Shown: piece by piece, positions 29,577 through 37,781 of the stretch
Numbering within the stretch: the stretch's first letter is position 1
Layout: every line of letters begins with the position of its first letter
IMG/VR virus record: IMGVR_UViG_3300047195_000664
Location: 1 to 62,403 of that record
Strand: one strand, 5' to 3'
DNA length: 62,403 nucleotides
From: a virus
Taxonomy: Duplodnaviria; Caudoviricetes
Program-made: the position numbers and the translations under genes
The notes under the pieces: model-generated
Seen by the model: the letters and a program-made list of their open reading frames with translations, nothing else
The model's database searches: none
What the model was told of the DNA's origin: nothing

Positions 29577-29581
29577 TTCAC

Positions 29582-29746
29582 TCACCTGTTTTTATATCTA
29601 TTTATTACCTTTAGCACTTCATATCCGTCTTCTTGTGCTAAAACTATGAAGGCACATTTCAGAACTTCTTTTATTTGTGCTATATTAACTTGTTCTCTTA
29701 GGCCTTCTATCTTCGATATTTCTACCGCTATCTTATTTAGATTCAT
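29582..29746 (-). CDS. Small HU-like/helical DNA-binding protein (start reassigned to MNLNK)
   Basis: AGGTGA RBS; MNLNKIAVEISKIEG...IAQIKEVL. Confidence 0.5.
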   Translation of the reverse strand: MNLNKIAVEISKIEGLREQVNIAQIKEVLKCAFIVLAQEDGYEVLKVINRYKNR

Positions 29747-30446
29747 TCTTTTCACCTTTTTCCTCTCTAATTGTGGCCACCAGGTCACAAAAGTGCAACT
29801 TCGCGCCCAGTTCATTTGGCATTCCTTTAAATCCACTCCATCCGCCATGATGGAACTGTAGCGCGTTTATTTGGTCTGGTAATAATTGAACATTGTATTC
29901 ACACAACATTATGATAGTATTTAATATGTGGTCTGTATTAGGTTCTTTAAAGATAACCTTATCTCCTTCCCAACCATATGTCCTTGCTTTACCAATATCA
30001 TGTGTTGCCGCCAAAAACTGCAACTCTTTATCATTAGGGAAGAACTCTTTTGCTACCTTTAATGTGTTATCGAGATGTTTAAGTAATCCACCTTTAGTGT
30101 TTAAATGATGCTTCTCTGAGGCTGGTGCATCGTGTAATTCTTCAAGGAAATATTGTAATACGCCTTCTACTTGTTTTTCTTCTTCTTGTTTTTCTTCTTC
30201 TTGTTTTTCTTCTTCTTCATTCTTCTTCATATAACCTATTATAAATGCAAGAGCTTGATTTCTGTTATAAAAGTCCATATCTAATTTATCTCTTTCACTT
30301 GTCCAACCCAAATCATCTATCACTCTTACTCTGTAAATATACTTTTTGTTTTCCTTTGTTTCAAATACAGCAATTGCAATATTCTCAACTTTTCTTTTAT
30401 GTTTCCATGTATTTAATGATGTTCGTTTCCAATCTTTTAATGCCAT
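29733..30446 (-). CDS. HD-domain phosphohydrolase (YhaM-like) fused to an N-terminal small domain via EEEKQ repeats
   Basis: PAS.KHH...GGLLKH, THDIGK, DH, FHHG, CD. Confidence 0.85.
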   Translation of the reverse strand: MALKDWKRTSLNTWKHKRKVENIAIAVFETKENKKYIYRVRVIDDLGWTSERDKLDMDFYNRNQALAFIIGYMKKNEEEEKQEEEKQEEEKQVEGVLQYFLEELHDAPASEKHHLNTKGGLLKHLDNTLKVAKEFFPNDKELQFLAATHDIGKARTYGWEGDKVIFKEPNTDHILNTIIMLCEYNVQLLPDQINALQFHHGGWSGFKGMPNELGAKLHFCDLVATIREEKGEKNESK

Positions 30447-30464
30447 TTATTTCACCTCATTAAT

Positions 30465-30543
30465 ATTAACAGGGCAACACGCCACACTGTTCAGAGTAAC
30501 ATACTCAGCTCTCACGAACCGCAGCACTTGTTGCCTTTCTGCT
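30465..30543 (-). ncRNA. BHB/BHL-closed structured RNA (predicted 70-nt excised RNA)
   Basis: GCAG-AAA-GGCAACA ... UGUUGCC-CUGU-UAA; internal GGUUC-GUGA-GAGCU GNRA hairpin. Confidence 0.7.
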
Positions 30544-30659
30544 TCGTTCACTGACTTATGCTTAAACCACATCAGTGAACATCTAACCCACTTATGTAAG
30601 GAGGTTAAATTCTATACACACTTGGGGTTGTGGTCAAACTCATATGAACTTTCATTCAC

Positions 30660-30795
30660 ATGAAATGCCTGGCACACGAGGCTTTGTGTTTATGACATGC
30701 TATAGATTATCACAAACACTTTACAAACTACCGCTTGTATAACATTTCGCCTGCAGATTTATCCACCGGGGACTCCGGCGTGCCTTTAGGCTCAT
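30660..30795 (-). ncRNA. BHB-closed structured RNA (canonical; predicted 121-nt excised RNA)
   Basis: AUGA-GCCU-AAA-GGCAC ... GUGCC-AGGC-AUU-UCAU; internal hairpins with G-U pairs. Confidence 0.75.
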
Positions 30796-30986
30796 TTTTC
30801 ATCATCTAATATTACAAATAATCCATTAGTTGCTATTAGGAACTCGTCTAGTCTTCCCATCTCTTCCAATACTCCATGCTGGTCGTTTATACTTTTAGTC
30901 CTATTGAAATCGTTTTCTAGTTCACTTCTTCTTACCTTAACAAGATATCGTACAAGCTCCATTGCGCTGAATGATATTCTTTTCAT
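30792..30986 (-). CDS. Hypothetical protein
   Basis: GGAGG RBS. Confidence 0.55.
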   Translation of the reverse strand: MKRISFSAMELVRYLVKVRRSELENDFNRTKSINDQHGVLEEMGRLDEFLIATNGLFVILDDEK

Positions 30987-31405
30987 TCTAATCCCTCCTT
31001 CTCATCCATAAAAATTGTTTCAATATCCTCGAAAAATTTTATGTGTTCTTGTTTCTGGAAAATATAAACTGTGGCATTATCTAATACTAATCTATAAAGA
31101 CCAATAGTTTTGTCTTTATTTACTGCCCAACCCATTTCTTTTATTAGCGCTTTAGGGATTGCTATTCCACTACCATTACCACCTCTAAGATAACTATCAT
31201 CAATTTGCTCCTTATTGAAAGTTACTTTTAATATTCCCAACTCCTTATTATATGTGTAAGTAGCATACATTCCTTCTACTATACTTGGAATTGGCATCTT
31301 TCTTCCGCTGCTCCCCAGTTTCGCAAAAAAAGATAGGTGTGGTACTGATAAAACAACATTCCTATCACAATACTTTTTCCAAGGCGCCATTTTTATCTTT
31401 TGCAT
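30983..31405 (-). CDS. AbrB/SpoVT-like DNA-binding protein
   Basis: GIAIPKALIKEMGW and a second IP motif. Confidence 0.45.
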   Translation of the reverse strand: MQKIKMAPWKKYCDRNVVLSVPHLSFFAKLGSSGRKMPIPSIVEGMYATYTYNKELGILKVTFNKEQIDDSYLRGGNGSGIAIPKALIKEMGWAVNKDKTIGLYRLVLDNATVYIFQKQEHIKFFEDIETIFMDEKEGLE

Positions 31406-31530
31406 TTTATCACCTCATATAATTTCCATTTTCGCCATTCTTTCCAACATTAATTTGCCTGTTTTGGTGTTATAATCTATTTCATGTCTAACTACATTCC
31501 AACTTGCTGGACCGTGTAGTTCGTCGACAT

Positions 31531-31854
31531 CTACAATAATCGGGTTTGTTTCCTCGCCCTTGGTAGTCTTACGAAGGTCTTATAAAACCTTATTTTCAGG
31601 GCGTCGTAATCTTTATCATGTTCTTTTGGTATGCTGTCTTCGAAATCATCATGTATCGCGTTTAAATCGCCGTTAGTACCTAATACATACTTTAATGTAC
31701 AAATTTCTGTTGCCATTATAATTCTTATAAGGTCACGTTCCATATTATCGTTTCTAACGGCGAGATTTTCTGGTTTGCCAAATACTCGTGCGAAGACTTC
31801 TTTTGATAATCTTAAGCCTTCTTCAATTTCTGCTTGTGGGCGCATTTTTATCAC
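31531..31854 (-). CDS. Hypothetical protein
   Basis: Operon packing; possible frameshifted C-terminus. Confidence 0.5.
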   Translation of the reverse strand: MIKMRPQAEIEEGLRLSKEVFARVFGKPENLAVRNDNMERDLIRIIMATEICTLKYVLGTNGDLNAIHDDFEDSIPKEHDKDYDALKIRFYKTFVRLPRARKQTRLL

Positions 31855-32165
31855 TTAATTCTATGTTCAAACGGCTCACGCATGGTTAGTGCGCATGTTT
31901 GGTTTATAAAGTTTTGTGTAGTGTCCCTAAATATTTGTGCTTGTGACTCTAAATCTAATAATAAATTCACAATTTCTCCTTTTGTCATTTTTATGATAAA
32001 TTCTTCTTCAGTAGGTACTACTCTTTTAATTTCCATATTATCGCCCCTTTTCAAATTCCTTGCCACAAAAGCCACAAAATATAATACCATGACTTTTAAT
32101 AACCTCTCCTTTAAACCCGTCGCCACAGTAATGAATTCTTGGTTGGATGCGTATTTTTTTCTTTT

Positions 32166-32306
32166 TCATAATATTACCTCTTTTGGTATTCTTGCAGGGA
32201 CTACCTTTGTGATATTGCATGTGTCGCAACATCTTCCTTTTGCTATTGGTTCTGCGTTGTTACCATAACCATTGTAATTCTTTTTGCAAATTACACATTT
32301 TTTCAT
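32166..32306 (-). CDS. 46-aa Cys-rich viral Zn-finger protein (not in ORF track)
   Basis: CVICK...GYGNNAEP...GRCCDTCN...VVPAR. Confidence 0.65.
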   Translation of the reverse strand: MKKCVICKKNYNGYGNNAEPIAKGRCCDTCNITKVVPARIPKEVIL

Positions 32307-33389
32307 TTTAATTCACTTCTACCTATACTTATAGGAATATAAGTCTTTTAAAAAAACATATGCCCATCATAATATAATCTAATCATCCCATTCTTTTGCT
32401 CTATCACCCAAGCCTGTAATGAATCGTGCACCACAACTTGTGCATTTAAAAAGGTCGCCGTTAAGTTTGCCGTGGAATTTAATTGAGATAACCTTGATTC
32501 CAGTCTCTAAGCAAATAACATTAGGACTTCCGCATTCGCTACATTGGATATGAACCATTGTTAATCACTCAAACCCATCTCTTTTCTTAATTCATATTTT
32601 TCGTGCCGTCTTTTTATCTCTCTTGATACCATAGATTTGACAACATTAATACCGAAACCATTAAATGCTGTGTTAAAAAATTCCCAGCGTAAAATAATAT
32701 CTAGCGCCTTCTCTACTTCTTCTATTTTCTTTCTATCCATATTAGTTATCTCTTTCTCCCAATCACCTAATGTTATTGTTGCCATAATAATTACCCTTTT
32801 AATATTAGTGGAATACATTCGCCACAATAATAATTGGCTTGATAGTCTTTGTAATAGTTTGGATAATGTAATATTGTCCCGCATTTAGAGCATCTTCTTT
32901 TGCTATGCGTATTCTTCCGCGCCTCTTCGTTCATGGCTTCGATGCGTGCTTTTATTTGTTCTTGTGTTGGTAACATAATAATCATTCCGTAATACCTTGC
33001 TCCTTTAAAAACTTACCAAGACAATCTCTACACGATTTACATTGTGTCACATGAGCTATGGTAAGTATATATCTCGTTGAATCATCTTCATTTAGTTCTA
33101 TTTTCATAATACTACACCTTCTCTATACTTATAACCTTTATTCCAGTGTCGCTACCGTAGGCTTCTTGCATTAAATCGATTAAGCTTCCAGTTCCTACAA
33201 AACTATGGAATGCGCTGTCTTCGTCGATTTCTATTGTTACGGTTACTATTTCTTTCATAATTAATCACCTTGGTTTTCTATTATCATAATTTGTTCCTTT
33301 TTCACCTTCTATACATTCTTCACACAGCTTTCCGCTGCGTATTGGAACTCCGCATCTTTTACATTTTGGCATATTCTTTACCTCCTTTT

Positions 33390-33547
33390 GAGCTATTGGA
33401 TATAGCAGGACAACGAACTATCCGCTTCGTTTGCAAGACGAATCTTTGCGGACAATACCACCAACTCAAAATCGCTGATGACATCGTTTGCGGCGCCCAT
33501 TTAGAAACACAATTTCGTCACCGTTGTCTTTCTGCTCCCAATAACCC
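33390..33547 (-). ncRNA. BHB-closed structured RNA (predicted 127-nt excised RNA) directly after the origin-proximal promoter
   Basis: GGGUUAUUGGG-A-GCAG-AAA-GACAACGG ... UCGUUGUC-CUGC-UAU-A-UCCAAUAGCUC. Confidence 0.78.
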
Positions 33548-33569
33548 GATTGGTATGTTTAATTAACTA

Positions 33570-33623
33570 TATTATCCTTGCGCTACTTTAAATACTTTTA
33601 TATTGTATAATATATAGATTTTA
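33570..33623 (-). promoter_or_regulatory. Promoter: operator (33606-33623), 11 bp, TATTTAAAGTAGCGCAAGG
   Basis: 15-nt identity with the promoter at 36919. Confidence 0.75.
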
Positions 33624-34038
33624 AAAACGAATGAGTTTTTTAAGAGCATCATTTTAAGCGTTGTTTAAGAGATACGCAAGGAAAGGTTAAAAAATCATGA
33701 GTTTTTACATCTTTTTAAAATATAGCTTGAAATATAGGGTGGTAGTGGAGGAAAGGTATATAGGGACGGACCGACTAATAGACACAGGAAGAGGGTCAGG
33801 GACGAAAGGGAAAAGATATAATATGTAATATAATCATGTATATATATATATTATTCTTATTATCTTTCTCTCTTTCCCCGTCGTCCTCTACCTCCGTCCC
33901 TGGCTCCGTTCACCACCCTATTTATTAAGCGATATATTTAAAAAGATGTAAAATCCTATCGGTTTTCAGCATACGATATGGAAGCTCTTAAACAACTCTT
34001 AAAATGATGAAATCAAAAAACTCATAAGAAATTAAAAT
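33618..34038. repeat. ~420-bp imperfect palindrome with AT-rich centre; putative replication origin
   Basis: Symmetric blocks about centre 33828; GGGACG motifs; (TA)n core. Confidence 0.8.
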
Positions 34039-34100
34039 GCTTAAAAAAGGATAAAGCGCCCGTCTTCAAATCACGGGCAAAAAATAATATGTTCTCTCTT

Positions 34101-34352
34101 CTACTTGGTTTTCACAACAAGCATGTAGAATTTCTCGCCGTTAACAACACGGCTTTCTAACTTCTTTTGCCTGTACTCAAGGTAGTTGAGTATATTCTTA
34201 ATTTTCTCAACTCCTGCGAATGCTGTCAGTTCCTTCAAGCTGTAACCGGTATCAGGTTTCATGTTTGTTATAATCTTTGGGCCCACACCAGAACCGCCTG
34301 CGATTCTTGCTCTCTTTGCTCCTTTTAAGAAGTCGTTTTTGTTTATTGGCAT
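34101..34352 (-). CDS. Small winged-helix protein (paralog family MxIxKxxF)
   Basis: GYSLKELT...ILNYL...KLESR.V...FY wHTH pattern. Confidence 0.7.
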   Translation of the reverse strand: MPINKNDFLKGAKRARIAGGSGVGPKIITNMKPDTGYSLKELTAFAGVEKIKNILNYLEYRQKKLESRVVNGEKFYMLVVKTK

Positions 34353-34451
34353 AATCTTTTCACCTTATCGCTCTTTGTCCCATCATATGAAGGTCAGGGC
34401 TCAAACATAATATCTCCGTCAGCTTGCGCCAACGATGATTATGATTTATAA

Positions 34452-34505
34452 TATTATCCCCTGCACACTTTATATATGTTTTTATGTTACAACCTATATG
34501 TTTAA
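34452..34505 (-). promoter_or_regulatory. Promoter: operator (34488-34505), 11 bp, TATATAAA, GCAGGGG
   Basis: Repeated architecture. Confidence 0.72.
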
Positions 34506-34688
34506 GGATATAAATAAAAAAAGCAAAATCCTGTCGTCGCGTCGTTAGTCATTATTTCTTTTTTGCGCCGCAAACTAATTTGCCCAATCCGTATGCTCCC
34601 ATTAATAGGAGGACTAAAACTAATACACAAGCTCCTAAGTCTCCTACTAATCCGAGCAACTTGGCTAATGTGGACATTAGTTCCTCTA

Positions 34689-34898
34689 TCATAGTTTTTC
34701 ACCTCCATTACTCTTTAGTACTCTCATTACTCTCGTGGCACGATAGTAACTGACATTAAATTGTTCCATTATTAATTTTGTCGTGAACTTAATATATGTT
34801 CTCCAGTTACTTAATGTCTCGAGAATTGTTTCTTCGCTTACTGGTTGCTTCGGTATGTCAAGCGAGCCAATCATGAATTCATCTTTACTAATTGTCAT
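34689..34898 (-). CDS. Small HTH protein (MTISKDEF paralog; FtsK-gamma-like HTH)
   Basis: LIMEQFNVSYYRATRVM. Confidence 0.55.
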   Translation of the reverse strand: MTISKDEFMIGSLDIPKQPVSEETILETLSNWRTYIKFTTKLIMEQFNVSYYRATRVMRVLKSNGGEKL

Positions 34899-34899
34899 A

Positions 34900-35265
34900 T
34901 TACTCGCTCTCCTTAGTCATGTTCGGGTCTATTAATACTCCGCAACCTCTACATCTTCCTGTCTTCGTATCTACTCTACAAGTGTGTCCGCAAAAAACGT
35001 CGCAAATCTTTGGTATTGGTAAATAGTCGCGCATACACACTTCTCCACATTTTTCACATTTATATCTTACCCAAACTCTCTTGTGTAATGATGTGTAGTC
35101 TATTTTGTTACTCAAGCTTAATATGTGGCGCCTTATTATAGTTGTGATTAATTCAAGTTGGCGCCCATCTTGCTCAAATGTTTCGATTGTTCGGGTAGGC
35201 GTGTCTTCTATAAATGCTTGCTTCGCTCCGTCCCACTTAATATTGGTCAAGTCTTCGTCTTCCAT
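34900..35265 (-). CDS. Cys-rich Zn-binding hypothetical protein
   Basis: Multiple CxxC. Confidence 0.55.
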   Translation of the reverse strand: MEDEDLTNIKWDGAKQAFIEDTPTRTIETFEQDGRQLELITTIIRRHILSLSNKIDYTSLHKRVWVRYKCEKCGEVCMRDYLPIPKICDVFCGHTCRVDTKTGRCRGCGVLIDPNMTKESE

Positions 35266-35595
35266 CTTTTCTTACCTCCATTTTATTCAAGAGACTAAAA
35301 TTGATAACACAAAACGTCTCCGATTCTTTTCAATAATAATTTACCGTCAACAACTAATCGTTCTATTTCATGCTTGTTGTTAATTTCGGTAAATTCAGTG
35401 ATTCCTTTTTCATTTTTCCAACTTACTACGATTTTCATAATGTCACCCTTTTTGGAGTATATTTATTCATGAAACACTCTTCGCATAGGCCTTTGTCTAA
35501 GTTCGCTTGTGTTCCACAATCTTTACAAGTTCCTATTTTGCCATAGGAAAGGTCACATAATACTTTACAGCCAGTTGGTGTTTCTCTCATTTGTG

Positions 35596-35931
35596 TCATT
35601 CTTCATCACCCTTATATCCAAACTTTCTTGCTAATTCTAATCTTTGTTTTGCTCCTTCTTCTAAGTCTTTTGGGTCTATTTTATCTAAGTCTCCTCCCCA
35701 ATTCATTCCATCAGCAAACTCATCTTCTATTTTCTTTTCATCAATAAGTCTTGTTTGTGTGATGATAATATATCTTTTCATGAACTCGTCTAATTCACTA
35801 CCATCTATTCCATAGTTACTTTTGGCGAGTTCTCTTATTTTCTCTTTTACTTCTTCTTCTTTTTCTCTTTTTAAAAAACCAATGTTCTCTCTACAACTTG
35901 GGCTAAAATCTCCCACTATAAATACTTTCAT
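35596..35931 (-). CDS. Hypothetical protein
   Basis: AGGTGA RBS; first gene after the promoter. Confidence 0.65.
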   Translation of the reverse strand: MKVFIVGDFSPSCRENIGFLKREKEEEVKEKIRELAKSNYGIDGSELDEFMKRYIIITQTRLIDEKKIEDEFADGMNWGGDLDKIDPKDLEEGAKQRLELARKFGYKGDEE

Positions 35932-35969
35932 CTTTTGTCACCTTTTTTCGTTTTATATAGTAAACCCGA

Positions 35970-36025
35970 TATTATTTCCCTTTTGCCTATAATATACTTT
36001 TAGGTGTTGGGATATATAGGTTACA
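35970..36025 (-). promoter_or_regulatory. Promoter: operator (36008-36025), 11 bp, TATA-like box
   Basis: TGGGA-TATATAGG-TTACA. Confidence 0.6.
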
Positions 36026-36238
36026 TCCGTGAGATCGCGCCTCACTTCAATTTTGTTCTCGTAAACTAATACGCGTTTCGTTTATTTGTCTCTCAAAACT
36101 AATATGTTTCGGTTATCGTATGTTTACTTTCTTTCTCCCTATGTTTATAGTCTCTTTCCATAGGGAGCCATAGGGCCTTTGGTTTCTCCTTATCTTATGT
36201 CGCCTCTAACCTATATCTTAGAGGCGCTAGGTGGGACC

Positions 36239-36285
36239 AAAAAAAAAGGTTGGAAGATATATCTTACATCAACTATCTTCCAACT
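36239..36285 (-). terminator. Hairpin plus T9 terminator after the wHTH gene; overlaps an operator copy
   Basis: GTTGGAAGATA/TATCTTCCAAC stem followed by a T-run on the minus strand. Confidence 0.65.
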
Positions 36286-36291
36286 TATATT

Positions 36292-36543
36292 TTACAATCT
36301 CATGAAATAAGGGACATTATTCACACTTCTTTTTTCTATCTTGCTATCTCTCATTAGATTGTTTAAAGCTTGTTTGATTTTCTTTATTCCATTTTCTTTT
36401 TGTGCAAGTCCATTTGTGTTTTTTGTTATCTCTTCAAAGTTTACTGCTTTGTCTTTTGGGATTGCATATAAAATCAATCCTCTAAAACTTGTTCCTTTCA
36501 CATGCTTGCTTCCTTTCATGAACTCTTCTTTCGTTATTGACAT
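36292..36543 (-). CDS. Small winged-helix protein (MSITKEEF), first gene of the minus arm; candidate regulator
   Basis: AVNFEEI...IKQALNNL...KIEKR.V...YF; paralog of 34101-34352. Confidence 0.7.
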   Translation of the reverse strand: MSITKEEFMKGSKHVKGTSFRGLILYAIPKDKAVNFEEITKNTNGLAQKENGIKKIKQALNNLMRDSKIEKRSVNNVPYFMRL

Positions 36544-36674
36544 ATCTATTTCACCTTATCCATTTATAAACATCTTTCTCCTATCCTATGATTTCGAACA
36601 TCTATCCAACAACATAGATGTCATATGTTATTAGACATTTCGACAACACAAATGAACATTCATTCACTTGCAAG

Positions 36675-36946
36675 TATATATTCCCCCGCAACCTATTTAA
36701 AGCCATGGGGGCCTGTCGTGCCTATAAACTATATCTTCCAAGACCGCAAAGTACATATAGGGGGCCGGCAACATGGAGCTTATAACCTATAGCTTGTGTA
36801 CTGGTGATTCTGAAAGCGGGGTTACAGGCTCTATATTTAACCAAGCCATGTCAAAAGACCAAAGTATCGAAAATAGACCACTTATATCCTCTAAGATATA
36901 TTTTAAACTTACTAAACATATTTAAAGTAGCGCGGGGAAATATATA
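36675..36946. promoter_or_regulatory. Divergent promoter/switch region with operator copies at 36723, 36781 and 36890
   Basis: Back-to-back TTTAAA-N-GCGGGG promoters; strand switch of the genome. Confidence 0.75.
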
Positions 36947-36958
36947 GAATCCTTACTG

Positions 36959-37729
36959 GTGTATAACATGAAAAAATGGTTATTAATAGTTCTTTTTGGG
37001 TTTATTCTATCTCTTGGAAGTATTGGTTTCGCGTACTACCCTTCATGCAACTCACTTTGTGAATATTATTCATATGAATCAGGCACATGTTTATATTCTT
37101 GTTGTTCAAGTCAGGTTAATATAGGGCACGATAGTTGCCTTGGTGGCAAGTATTGTTGTTGTACGCCGTTTCCGCCCACAACTACTACCAGCACAACTAC
37201 GACGACAACAACTACAGAGCCGCCCACAACAACCACGACAACTGTAGAAACAACTACAACCACCGAGGAAACGACAACTACCACAACAACAACCATGCCT
37301 GAAGAGACGACTACTACAATAGAAACAACAACAACAACCATTCCTGAGGAAACTACTACAACAACGATAGAAGAAGTAACTACAACTACTGCCCCTTCTG
37401 AAAGCGGGTATGCGCCTTATAGTTTTCATTGTGTTAATTTTGGTGGATATTGTACAGAAGATTGGGACTGCTGTAACGCGCTAAAATGTGTAAATAGAAT
37501 TTGTGGCGCGGCACCTACTACAACTGTTACAACAACTATCGAAGTTACGACGACACTTGAAGTTACTACAACAACCATCGAAGACATAACAACAGAAGAA
37601 ACAATAATAGAAAACGAAGATGAAGAACCACCTGAAGAAGATAATTCATTATTATACATTGGTGCTGGAGTTATCAGCGCCGGTGCTATTGGTACTGGCA
37701 TATATTACAAGAAGAAAAAGAAATCATAA
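36959..37729 (+). CDS. Secreted, C-terminally anchored Cys-rich / Thr-rich mucin-like membrane protein
   Basis: Signal peptide, two Cys-rich knots, poly-Thr tracts, TM helix plus KKKKK. Confidence 0.85.
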   Translation: MYNMKKWLLIVLFGFILSLGSIGFAYYPSCNSLCEYYSYESGTCLYSCCSSQVNIGHDSCLGGKYCCCTPFPPTTTTSTTTTTTTTEPPTTTTTTVETTTTTEETTTTTTTTMPEETTTTIETTTTTIPEETTTTTIEEVTTTTAPSESGYAPYSFHCVNFGGYCTEDWDCCNALKCVNRICGAAPTTTVTTTIEVTTTLEVTTTTIEDITTEETIIENEDEEPPEEDNSLLYIGAGVISAGAIGTGIYYKKKKKS

Positions 37730-37781
37730 TCGCCCTCTTATGGAATAAGAGGAGTATATAAGGAAGTATGGAGGTTTTCTT

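Noticed and set aside
30460-30795. RNase P RNA, SRP RNA, group I intron or hammerhead ribozyme
   Set aside because: Only short partial motif matches (GGAGUCC, AAUCUGCAGG, CUGAGUA); required partner elements and order are absent
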